Positions 11,620 to 23,900 of a stretch of DNA of 39,799 bases are shown here, one piece after another. The stretch is taken from positions 32,486,666 through 32,526,464 of the forward strand of contig NC_068998.1 of NCBI RefSeq assembly GCF_001194135.2, given 5' to 3'. The position numbers and the translations under genes were made by a program. Each line of letters starts with the position of its first letter. Position 1 is the first letter of the stretch. Below the pieces are notes generated by a model that saw only the letters and a program-made list of their open reading frames with translations, was not told the origin of the DNA and did no database searches. The stretch is from Octopus bimaculoides. Lineage: Eukaryota.

Positions 11620-13205
11620 TACTGTTTAGAAGAGGTTGGGTATAGGACATGTGTCATTGCAGCACATTGCTGCATCCAGCATTTATCAATATTTGCTTGG
11701 GTTAAGGTGACGAACTGGCAGAAATGTTAGCATACATACATACATGCATACATGCATACATGCATATATACATACATACATACATACATAATCATCTGAT
11801 TGTCTTGAAATTTCGGGGAAAATGTGTAACTAAAACAAGAAACAGTAACTGGTCATGCTAATGTTAAGGCGGAGAGCTGGCTGAAATGTTAGCACGCTGG
11901 GCGAAATGCTTAGCGGTATTTTGTCTGCTGTTGCGTTCTGAGTTCAAATTCCGCTGAGGTAAACTTTGCCTTTCATCCTTTCAGGGTCAATAAATTAAGT
12001 ACAAGTTATGCACTGGGGTCGATGTAATCGACTTAATCCCATTGTCTGTCCTTGTTTGTCCCCTCTATGTTTAGCCCCTTGTGGGCAATAAAGAAATAAG
12101 AAACATTAGCATGCCAGGTGAAATGCTTAGTGTCTTTATGTTCTGAGTTCAAGTTCCGCCAAGGTTAACTTTGTTTTTCATCCTTTCGGGGTCGATAAAT
12201 TAAGTACCTGTTGTGTACTGGAGTAGATCCAATCAACTGTTCCCCTCCCCCAAAATTTTGGGCCTTGTGCCAAAAATATTTGCTTGGGTTGTCCTGGACA
12301 GCCCTCTGAGCAGTGTTCTAGTCAATCTCCCTTCTCCATGAGACACTTCCCTACTTGCTGTGACCATGTTGCATGTGGCTGATCAACATGATCCATCATT
12401 GCAGTCAGATCCCCAGAGAAAAGAACATGATACACAGGACGCTGTTTGGAAAATTGAGCAACATAACCAAACAGTCAGAGTTGATGCTTCCAAACCATTC
12501 AAGTAACTGGCTGCATCTCAGTTTCTGAGTATAGTCATTCGATAGATACAAAATTTTATCAATGGTAACCCATTACCTTGTGAAGCATCCTGATACAAAA
12601 GTAGTTCAGACAGCACCTAAAGCCTCTGGACAGTGTCCAAGTCTCACAAGTTTAAAGCAAGACAGGGAAGACCAGAGCCCTGAAGACTTGAGCTTTTGTC
12701 CTACAGCTCAGAAATTAGCAGCACCAAACTCCCTTGTCCAGTGAATCCACAACTGCACCAGCACATCCAAATCTTTTTGAGACTTATTGACTTACAGCTA
12801 ATGCTGAAAAACGGTTGGCAATAGAAACAGATAAAGTCCCCCAGGAAGCTAAAGAATGACTGGATCTTAGTCTTGACCCAAGAAAATCAAAGGCCAAGTG
12901 GTTCCACTTCTTCACTTAACAAAAAGAAAGCACTCCTTAAAACATCCAGAGACTCAGAAAGAATAACTGTATCATCAGCAAAATCCAAGTTAGTAATCCT
13001 AGTTTCACTAACAAGTGCACTACAATTCAATTGAGCTAAGTATGCAGTCCACACAAGCATTGAACAGAGTGGGAGCCAAAAGATACAAGTCTGATGGACA
13101 CCAGATCTAACTAGGAAAAAGTTAGAAGTTGAGCCCCCAATCCAGACTGCATTCACTGTTCCAGTACATAAGGCCATCATGACCTAATCTTGGGGTTCTC
13201 AAGTC
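11620..13205 (-). mobile_element. RTE-clade LINE, 3' part of RT to the 3' end; degenerate, interrupted by the SINE composite
   Basis: ORF 12887-13180 reads ALCTGTVNAV...FFLVRSGVHQTC...NLDFADDTVILSESL, followed by SWVKTKIQSF. The left boundary is approximate. Confidence 0.85.
11704..12274 (+). mobile_element. Composite of tRNA-derived SINEs (family B, Deu/Nin-like central domain) bounded by a perfect 16-bp TSD
   Basis: AATATTTGCTTGGGTT at 11688-11703 and 12275-12290. Two bodies with gagttcaaattcc and ctttgcctttcatcctttcggggtcgataaattaagtacc motifs. The Deu/Nin assignment is from memory. Confidence 0.9.
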
Positions 13206-13209
13206 TTAG

Positions 13210-13823
13210 GCTTTGATGGAGCCCAAGGTGGTGGCTCAATGAGCATCATATTTTGAGATGCATCTAGACCTACCTACAACTGTTCTGAATACTATGATGC
13301 CTTCAGCACTAGTGACTGACCTAGCAGTCAGTTGTGATCTACTGTCCATTGATGAGGTTCTTACAGCAGTAATTCAGCTGAAGGGTGGAAAGGTAGCTAG
13401 TGTTTGTGTCATCGAGATGATCAAAGTGAACCTGTTGCAGTTTTGTCCACATGTAAGATCACGTGTTCTGTCTAGAGCAATGGCATCATACTACTTGACT
13501 GGATGAGGGGCATACTTATCCCACTTTGGAAAGGTGACCACTATGACTGGAACAGCTATAAGACTGTTACACTCCTTTCAGTGCCCACTAAGGTCTTTGC
13601 CATGGTTATTTTAAACAGAGTGCAAAATCATCTGCTTGCCTCACAGTGGCTGAAGCAGTCAGGGTTCACATCAAAGAAGCAGCTACTAAGAGAATCCTGG
13701 TTCTCCAAATACTATTCACTGGAAGAGTTTTCAACAGATGTGGCTTGCAGCCTGTGTCAGTTTCCGTAAGGCATTTGATTCTGCAGGCAGGAATGTGCTC
13801 TGGAGGATTCTGGAGTTGAGAGG
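13210..13823 (+). mobile_element. RTE-clade LINE, N-terminal RT segment, inverted relative to 11620-13205
   Basis: IDEVLTAVIQLKGGK; RGILIPLWKGD...SYKTVTLLSVPTKVF...QSGFT; SFRKAFDSAGRNVLWRILELRG. Confidence 0.88.
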
Positions 13824-13899
13824 TTTAGAAAAGGTTGTCTGAATAATTTAATAATCACTCAAAGTCTGTCTATACTAATTTAATAAGCACTCAAAGTCT

Positions 13900-14480
13900 G
13901 TCTTCTTACCTTTTTTCTTCTGAAATATAGTTTGTTAATATTTTTTCCTGTGGAAATTTGTAGTAAACATCTGGTTCTTGTGGGTTTTGATGTTTATGGA
14001 GCAGATTTCCTCTATAAACTAGTTGAGTATCCAAAATGTTGGTGAAAATATGGGTACTACAAATGCATTTTGTGCTCTTGTCTTGTAAGCTCTGACTGCC
14101 ACATCTTTTTGAGTCAGGTATATTTGGTTATTTTATCTTTGTACTTTTATATGATATATTTTCATCAATACCTAGGTACTTGTAGCACTCATTTTATGAA
14201 ACAGAGTTAGAAAGATAATTGATTCAGATATTTTAGGTTTAGGGAACAGGGTTTCTATGTCTCAGTTGTTAAATATGAACATTTCTTTTTCATATAAGGA
14301 GAAAGTGTAATTAAGTCCGGCTGTGTTTCAGCATTGTATATATTTTGGGCTTAGATCTTTAGATCGTCCACAAAAAGCTATGGTGACATTAATGCCCTTT
14401 GCTGTTGTAGACTCTAGTACATAGCCAGTAGATTTTCATAGAAGAAATGATGGTTGATTAAGGGCTGAAATATACTAAAG
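13900..14480 (-). mobile_element. R4/Dong-like LINE RT remnant
   Basis: LFVDDLKI*AQN at 14358-14377 and CYKYLGIDEN at 14170-14189; many stops. Confidence 0.65.
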
Positions 14481-14597
14481 TACAAATTTTTGCCTTGAAA
14501 TATTCTAATAACTGAGACAATCACTCCAGTTTCAGTTTTGAATTTAAGAATTGTAGTAGTAGACCATGGAAGTGACTGAGTCAGCAGGTCCGTTTAT

Positions 14598-14628
<31 letters not shown>

Positions 14629-15289
14629 CGCATTCATGCATGCTCTTGTTTTTCTCTTTTTCCATTTAGAATTAATTTCGATTGGTCATTTACTTGGTAG
14701 CAAGATTATGAAGCAAAGTATCTTGCTATATTCATCATTCTTTAAGTCTTAAGAAAGTCTTGCAATTTTCTCTTGTCACAGATATGATTATTTGTAGCAT
14801 ATGAATTAAAGAGTTGCATTCCTTCCTGCAAACCCAAGTTCAGCCATACTTTGCTCTTGGAAAGTATCATGTTGCTCCAAAAATAATAGATATGAAACTG
14901 AATGTGTATCTTACAGACTGGGCTTGTGGACTCCTTATCAATAACCTATAGATATTCTCTTTCTCCTGTATTTTTCAGATCATGGTGGTGTCCAGAGGGC
15001 AGCTGATTTCCTCAATAGCACCTGATTTTTCTTGTGGTCCCCCACAACAGTATCTGACCAGTTATATTTTAACTTGATAGCTGTTTTAATTTCTAAGTTC
15101 TACCAATATTCATTTAACTCATTGGTCTCAGTAATGTGTATGTATGCCTGTATGCTTATGTGTATGAGTAAATAAATGTCTGTGTATATGTTAGTGACTT
15201 CTCATTCTTTTGAGGCTCTTTGTATGCTGCATCAAGCAATTCCATTGTATTTACAGTGATGTCACTATTTACGTTCTATCATGAAAACA

Positions 15290-15470
15290 TGTCCAACCAT
15301 TGAGCCATTCATTGTTGAAGGATTGGGCGAAATAGTACTTTATTTGAAAACTTGTGATGATTGGATACAGGAAGTGCATCGGTCATAGAATAATTACCCC
15401 TATAAATCTAACCTGACTTCCGTCCATAAGGAAATGTGAATGTTAAAATGATGGTGAGGAGGATGACAAC
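15290..15470 (+). mobile_element. Decayed SINE 3' part (family C, GGAAGGGCATCC-type)
   Basis: ggatacaggaagtgcatcggtcatagaa...aaggaaatgtgaatgttaaaatgatg, similar to the minus-strand copies at 24935 and 30505. Confidence 0.5.
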
Positions 15471-16149
15471 AAGATACCTCATACCTGGGGGAAACTGCAG
15501 AAGTGACACTTTCTTATTTCTTTTTCAGTAAATAAATTTTAGATCTTGTGGTTATGTAAGAAATAAACATTATAAAGTTTTATGTCTGGAAAAGTTGAGA
15601 GAAGGAAAACGTTTTTTCTATTGTTCGTAGAATAGACAAAATATAAATATAATAATGCTAAAAACTTAAAAAGTTTTAATAGAAAAACTGAATTTTCTAA
15701 AATCAAACAAAAATTTGAGGATGAAAGTTGTTAATAACTGTCTTTGACATCATGTTTGAAGTTTCACAGCATTTGCCCTTCTTCTGGCTATTCTGTATTT
15801 TTTTTATTGTTATTAGCAACAAAAGATGAAGTAAAAGAAAAAAAAATCACAGAATTGCACTGGATGTCTATCGAAGTTCATTATTGAACATCTGTGGCAA
15901 TTCTGTAAATTTTATATATTGTATCTACACTAAGAAACAATATCAGGTGTATTGGTGGTATTTGCTTGTGTGCAGTTTGATAATGTTTCTGTGATCACAC
16001 TATTACTTCCTTTAAAGAAAGTCTGTTGCATGTGAGAATGTATGTTGGTGTGTAATTATGTGTATTTATGTGTTTGTGTATGTTTGTATACACATGTACA
16101 CATGTATGTAGAATCAACAAGAGTATAGAACAGACTGTCTTCTAAGTTG

Positions 16150-16960
16150 AAAAGGTAGTGAGCAACATTAATGATTTCCTTATATTACCTCTTGGTCTTA
16201 CTATCTTCCCCCCTCCCACTACTTCTATTGAAACAGCTTTGGTGTCACATTTATTTACTTTTAAATTGATTTTTATTAATTTATGGAATTTAGTTGTGTC
16301 ACACTCTAGTTTATCACTACAGAACCATGTTATTGTTGGCACTGCAAATGTGCTGTCAGCACTGAATGTTGTTTCTGTTTGGATAAGGCTTTAAAATTTT
16401 TTCAACTCTCTCAAATTATTCATTTCTTATTCTTGTGCTAACATTTTTCTCATACATACCTTTCCTTTCATCTGTGCTCAAATATTTGTAGAATGTAAAA
16501 TAGTGCAGCACTTGTATTATCTCCCTTCCCAGGACTTCCAAATTATCGGTCCAGTTAGTCTGTCTACCTCATTAAATTGTCACCTTGCCTAACTCCACCA
16601 AAATACTCCCTTGTTACATTAATTGCCAAAACTGATGAGACTCTTAAATGGGATTATTTGCAGCACACAGTTTTATGTAATCTTTGAAGAGAAAGACAAT
16701 TTAATGTCCTTATTAAAACTGATTGTCAATACAAGGAGACCCAGTTTCCAGGAGAATATTTTCAGAATGAAATTTTAGGTCATCCACAAAGAAGAGATGC
16801 ATGATGAAACTTATCCTCTCTGCTTTGATACAACATTCGAAACTGATTTTTTTTTTATTTACCAACTTAAAAGTCACACACATGATGAATTGAAAATAAG
16901 AAGTACTGTCTCCTTGGAATATTCCAGTAGATACACCTGTGAGACTGGAGCTTACAGTCA
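16150..16960 (-). mobile_element. R4/Dong-like LINE RT remnant
   Basis: GIFQGDS and MHLFFVDDLKFH (ORF 16713-16961), YKYLSTDE, STFAVPTITW. Confidence 0.75.
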
Positions 16961-17029
16961 TGGTATTCAGAGAATTAGCAGAATCCTGAGAGCATCGGGT
17001 AAAATGTCTTGCTGTATTTATTCCTGTTC

Positions 17030-17117
17030 TTTCAGATCCTGCTAAGGTTAACTTTGCCTTTCAACCTTTTGAGGTTAGTAAAATAAAGCACCAGTCAAGT
17101 ACTGAGGACAATGATCA
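17030..17117 (+). mobile_element. Family B SINE fragment
   Basis: ctaaggttaactttgcctttcaacctttt gaggttagtaaaataaagcacc. Confidence 0.65.
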
Positions 17118-17167
17118 TGAATGAACGTCTTCACTAAATTGCTGGCCTTGTACCTAAGACAGAAACC

Positions 17168-17199
<32 letters not shown>

Positions 17200-17599
17200 T
17201 CTTTAAGGCAATGAGAGCTGACCATATATTTATACCTTTATACAGGGCTAGGAAAAATTTATTTTGTAGAAAACTAGCTGCTTTCCATACATGTGAGCCT
17301 TTCCTCTCCATGTCTTCATGTCACTGAAGTTGTTCAAGAGAAAAATAAGAGAAGAGCCTTTACAGCTTAGTGCCTGTGTTGTCCCAGACTTTCTTGTCAG
17401 AATGTAAAGAGTCATAACAGATATCACAAAACATCTCATCTGATACTCTAATGGTTCCACCAGTCCAACACTCTGGATTGGTATTTTTCTAATTGATTCT
17501 GATTGGATGAAAGGCAACATGGTTTCAAATCATAAGGTCAGACCAAATATTGTGAGGCAGTCTATCCAAAACTCTAATGACTCTACCAATTCATTTGAT

Positions 17600-17870
17600 G
17601 CAATGAAAGACTATGTACACAAGAACCTATTTATAAAGGCAAATAAGTTCCAGCTTCATGCTGTAAACACTTGGGCTATGTCTGTGATCTGGTACAATGC
17701 TGATGTCCTGAAGAGCAGTAAGATTGAGGTTGATGGAGATATATACTGCCAGACAAGAAAAATAATGATCATGCTGGAGGCATTATATTGGAAAACAAAT
17801 GTAAGTTGGCTACACAAAAACTGCAATGTTGGATGAAGTGGTCTCATAAATATGACATGAGAATGAGAGG
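17600..17870 (+). mobile_element. R4/Dong-like LINE fragment, region after the RT domain
   Basis: HAVNTWAMSVIWYNADVL...QTRKIMIMLEALYWKTNVSWL, resembling KAINTWAVSLLRY...RKTRKLMTM...HPKSDVDRL. Confidence 0.65.
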
Positions 17871-17959
17871 TTGAGTATTTATTATTATTGGGTAAATATT
17901 GATGAATCACTGCAAGTTGGCAGTCATTAAAGTATCAAACAGAATACCTTGTGGTTTTT

Positions 17960-18120
17960 GTTCTAGATCTGCACTCTGAGTTCATATCCCACCATGATTG
18001 ACTTTGCCTTTCATCTGTTTGGCGTTAATTAGTAAAGTGCTAGTCGAGTATTGAGATTGATGCTGGTAGCCAACTACAAATGACTGGCCTTGTGCCTAAA
18101 TCAGAAATCATAGAGTTAAA
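17960..18120 (+). mobile_element. Decayed family B SINE
   Basis: ctctgagttcatatccc...actttgcctttcatc...ggccttgtgcctaaatcagaa. Confidence 0.6.
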
Positions 18121-19302
18121 TATATATAAATACAACTGATTAAAGAGTTTTCTGTTATGGATATGATGACCAATATTTTTCAACAGGTGAATGTGGCATT
18201 CAACCTCTCATGCCCTTGCAAGTCAATCTCTCTTCCATGTGTGTGTTCTTGCTCAGATGTTTTGTCTGATGGACTGTTTGTTTTGCTGATTGATATAGTA
18301 TGACTTCTAATCAAGTGAAATGAGTTCTTTCTTCTTCGTTGGCATTTAGGGGGTTATATTTTTGTCATCTATTACTCAGGGCCCAAATTACAGTTACAGT
18401 TATAACATTTGCATTATTAAGTTTTTTCTCTTAATTTGGCATTAAATCTATCCTGTATCAACAATATACGAACCTGCAAAATATTTGAGTTAATTCTAGT
18501 TGAATATAACCCTCTTTTAAAAAAATTTGGGACCTTGGTAAACACTGTAAGGAATCAGACTAAAAGTGTTACTGTTTTTGGTTTGGTCATTTACTTATTA
18601 AAGTCATGCTGAAACTAACTGTCCTTGCCTTATCATCAATAAAATATTGATGAGGAGTTTATTCTATCACAAAATATGCATCTCATCTCTTCAAAGGCTG
18701 ATTTTGTGCCCACTAGGGTAAAAATGTAGATTTTAGGTTTTCCCGTTGGAATATGAAAAAGTAAATAAACATTGTGGTTGAGAAATGTTAGAAAACCAAA
18801 TAATTAAAAATAATTAAAAAGATAATACAAATCTTTTTCTTTTTGCCTATATTTCTCTTGAATTAAGAACTTTAAATATAAATTCTCTTACAAAATACTT
18901 TAAAATTGGGTATATTAAAGAGAAAGGCTAATGATAGAGGTGTTGTGACAGACTCTGTACATATGTACAGATTCCACTTATTTTAATGGGCAATAGTTTC
19001 AGACAAGGAATTCTAATTTTGGTGGTGGAAGAGTGGTGGATGAAAGTCATTGTGCTGAAGATTGTTGTTATTTGAATTTGGCTATTTTTATTCCACTTCT
19101 TAAAATTGCTATTTTAATCAAACACAGCTTTTACTTAGGATTAAAACTATCCAACCACAATATTTACAGATTTTCTAAATACATCATTAGAAAATTGTTT
19201 ATAATTTTTCTGTTTTCACACTCTAAGAGGAATCAAAGCACACTGACATTTGGTCTGTCTGTCTGTTTCTGTCTCTGTCTTTGTCAATCTGTCTGTCTCT
19301 GC

Positions 19303-19336
<34 letters not shown>

Positions 19337-20871
19337 TCATGTGCCATGTCTACAAGCATGACCAATCATGGACAGCCCCTTACCAAAGTAAAGATTCATA
19401 TTTTGTGGGGTGGGGAATACTGATGATATTTCCCATTGCCTGCTGCCAGTTTATTTACAGTTTACTCTGTTGACCTCCTTTCATTCCTAAGTTTGGCAAG
19501 AGACTGTTTCATGTGACATCAGGATATGTCTACATACATGTCTAATGATCAGCCCTCCTTAATTCTGTATATCTGAATTATTTCATAACTTGTTGAACTT
19601 AGTTTCACATGTAAAATATTTTAAAATTTCTTAGTTAATCTCCAGAGTTTAAAATTTTTCAATAAATATTCTTAAAACAGTGTTATGCAGTCGTACATAT
19701 TGTGAAGCCTTACTGAGAGTTTAAAGGTTAAATTTCACAGTTGAAAGGATGACAAGAATGCCATTAAAGTGATAGAAATAGATCACTTTGAAGATTTTTG
19801 ATCATAGAATATCTATATTTTATTCCTTTATCAATGATTCTGTATGTTTCTATGTTAAATCAATAACACTATATATTACTTATACGGTTTTCCATTATAA
19901 GATATCAGTTTCATAAAAAAGATATTTTCATCTTCAAACCGACGTTTGTATTGATGTGTAATAGATGTTTGACTGCTGATTGATGTGTGTAACAAAATGC
20001 TAGCATCACTGCAGTCAGCAGTCTTTCTTTAAAGTTTGATTATGTTTTACTAGATTTGAGAGCAAACTTGTTTTACAGAAAATGGGCTACAGTTGACTGA
20101 ATATACTCTGATAAATATGTGGCACTTATCAACTTTTGAAGTAAGAATGATAAAATCAGCTTAGAGGGAAGAACAACCAGTAGGAAAGAATATTGAAATT
20201 GACCAAAGTATGATTTGAACTCAGGAGAAATAAGAACAAGGTTTATTACTCTAATATATTTAGTCTAGTGCTGTATTATAATTACCTCACTCCATTCTTG
20301 CAATAACAGACAGTATTTAATTTTATTATTAATTTTATAATGTTGTCAGTGAACAAGAGCATTGTTGGTTACAGGTTTCTAATGAACCAATCAGGATTTA
20401 CTGTATTACCAAAGGTGCACATGAAAATGAATGATGTGATTATTTAGGTTACATGATAGACTTAATTCAGTGGCCAGTTTAATACCACCACCCCTGTTTC
20501 TTGGACACTTTTAGTGGAATATACTTCATTCTCTCTTCCAAGCACCCAGGACAGGTTTCTAGTCTGGTGATAACTTCCTTCTTTCTCTGAAGACGACCAT
20601 TGGCAATACTGTCCATTCTTTACTGACAAAGGTATTCCATCCACCAAAAAACAGAAAGTGCTTAACTCTATTTGAGACTAAAGGCTGATATTGTCCATCC
20701 ATTAAATTTTAAACGTTATGTAATAATAATGCTTTGTAGTTTTCAGGTCATCTTCTCTACACTATCCAGTAATAAAATGCATTTTGTTCATGTGGCTATT
20801 ATACAAACTTTGCATTTGTATTTCATATGTTGAATGCTCTTTCTTTTATTTATGAAGACTATCTTATCTGA

Positions 20872-20906
<35 letters not shown>

Positions 20907-23900
20907 ATACACACATATACACACACACAACATCTATTTTTCAGCCTGTCTGCTTGTATATATGTATGTATGGGACCAACGTGGATTTTAAATTACAGGT
21001 ACTGCTCATCTGATGTGCTTCTACATAGTTTCTGTCAGCTCAGTTTCTCTCTAAATTTTTAAGGTTGACTTACGATTGTGATAAAAGAGATTTACCTAAG
21101 ATACCATGTGATGCGACTGAACCTGAACCTCATAGCTGTCAACAGAATTTCTTAGTCACCTGGCCATGCTACACCCACTATACATATTTGGTATAAAAAA
21201 AACACATAATAATTCATCCAAACTTCAACTGGTCACAAATTCACATCTGATGCCATCTGCTGTTACTATCTTTGACAGTAGCCTTTCAGTGGCCATGTAA
21301 CAGAGTTTATCCAGTAATTGAATCATTACTGGACATGGTTATATGTATGGATAGATTGTGTATTGTTCAGTATCAGCATGTTAATTGAAATAGTTTATTA
21401 CTTCACTATAAGCAGTGAATTGTTCAATTTGGCAAGACATGAGGAAAATTTAAAACATTCTTTATCACACAAGGGATCTTCAAATTATTTCTGTGAGCTT
21501 TGTCTTCATGTAATGCATCAAAGACAAGATGGAACTACTATTTATTGCTGCACAATTGCAAATAGGAGTAAAAGTAAAAAGATTGGTTCAGATAGGAATG
21601 GAATCTGCATCTTATGTAATTATGACCAAATTAACAATTTAATTCTCATTGGATTTTTTTATGAACAAATCACTTGTTAGAGTGCTAGCAATCAAAACCA
21701 AAGGCTATGTCTCCTTTGCTCATCAACCCAATTAACCCAGATATTTTTCCTCAAATTAAAAACAATGAAAATAACGAAATCCACCATTTTACTACTTAAC
21801 TGTAGTCAGCAATCCCTTTATAATTAGATTTTTAGAATAGTTAAGTTCTTTTTTCTGAAACTATGGAAGTTCACAGATACTTTTATATTTCTTTTGAGTC
21901 TTTTTGAATTATTTGAAAATTTATGTCTTTGTTAAGTTGTTAGCATTTACATTGCAAAATGCCAAGCTCAGCTTATTGATGAACATGGAATTACTGTTAA
22001 TTAACAGTTAATTTCACTGATTCATTACTTTTAGTAGTGGTAGAATTTTGTATCTAATTAAAGATTCATAAAAGTGTGCTACCTCCTGAGATGGCAGCAA
22101 ATAAATAGCTTATTACTTGAATTGTTAAGGAGGTAATATTGTCAGTAATACAAGGCATTGTTAAATGTAAATAAGAAACTTGCACTGAAATTAATGAGTG
22201 CAAAGGATAGATATGGATGACATTTGTTAACATTATTACCAGCATCATCACATTGACATCTCTATCACTACCAACAACATCACCACCACCAACTCACTAT
22301 TGCCATCATCACTACTTATTTTGCTGTTGCTGCCACCACCGCTTCCACCATCAAACCATCATCATGACATGATCATCATTATTTTTTCCTGTTTTATCTG
22401 TTTTTTTTATTATTATTATTATTTCTGTGTTTAAGTAGGTTAACAAAGAAGTAAAAAAAAACAATAACACTATCTACAATAGTCTCTGCACTATTCTATA
22501 CTTTATATTTCAGAAAATATTTATTGAGTGTTGAGGGGGAAAAATTGACCACTGACTGCATGTTAATCCAGGTTAAAGTGGACTGGGGCAAAAATACTGT
22601 AAATATAGGAGACAATGGTTTGTTTGAAATATTCGATGTACAGGTGCCAATAGGATACAAATCAGCTTGGGAATTGCTTTACAGTAGTTCAATTAGTTAG
22701 TTAGAAAAACTAGCTATATTTACTTTAAATCATGAACCATATCTTTAAAAAAATTGGAAGAAAATATTAGATATTAAAATCCTTAAAATGCAAAAAGATT
22801 GGTTTGTCATGACTAGAATGCTTTTGATTATAGACCCACTCAGTTAGTGCTGATCTTGGATGGAAAAATACTGCAAGACAGCAGCATTGTGATGAATGCT
22901 TGTTGTACATAAGAGGCTCAATGTGTTATACAGTATTGAGCATTAGCCAAAGATATAATCTGTGTTCAGAAACATTAGTTCCAATTCAAGGCAGACTGAA
23001 GTGATGGGTAACTTTGGCTTAGGAGTGATTTGTCTTTTATATTTCCGGTTCTTCCATAAACACACTTGAGCACAGCATTAATGGAAGCATGATAATTATA
23101 TAGTCAAATAATAATATGATTAAATATATTAATAAGTTTTACCTACACACAAGGAGATGCAACTTATATTGATTTATTTCACTTACTAATATATATACTT
23201 GCAGCAAGTAATTGTCTTTTACTACGGAAAACTTTAAAGAACTACAAAAGAACAGGTTCTTTTTGAAGAGAGCGCTTGTAAATCATATCACCTCAATCAG
23301 TTTAAGCTTTCAACATTCCCTTTTCATCAACATTTTGCTCCTTATATTTTGTAAAATGACATAGGCTAGAAAGGTCTGCAAATTTCCATGTTTGTTGGTT
23401 CATGACTTGTTGTTGTTCCAAATGTTATCTAATCTTAGTGAAACAGAACTGGCATCCTTTGTTGATATAATAATTAGAACATGATTTCATGTTAAATATT
23501 CAGTGAAATTCATAAACAAGGGAGTGTGGAAAAGTTCCTTACTTGAAGGTTGTCATGAAAGGTTTGGCTGACATTAATATCAACAGTGACATATTATGAA
23601 TTTAAAGAACTTAAAATTTTGATATGCTTGGCTTAAAAAGTTTGCTATTACTCTCTTTAGTGCTTGCATACTAAAGTTACAAGTAAGTTTAAATATGGTT
23701 ATATACAAATAAACAATATTTTATGTGTTCTGTGAGGAAATGTATATTTAAGTATAATCTTCTGGCTAATTATTGATGTCAGTGGGATTATGGCAGCAAC
23801 TACAAGATAAAATAATGCTTCCGTGATATTCTTATCAATAACCAACTTACAACTAAGTGATTGCTGATCTATTTTATATATCATTGGAATATTTTCATTC

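Noticed and set aside
21318-21680. 120-codon Cys-containing ORF
   Set aside because: No zinc-finger spacing, no usable splice pair, no recognisable homology.
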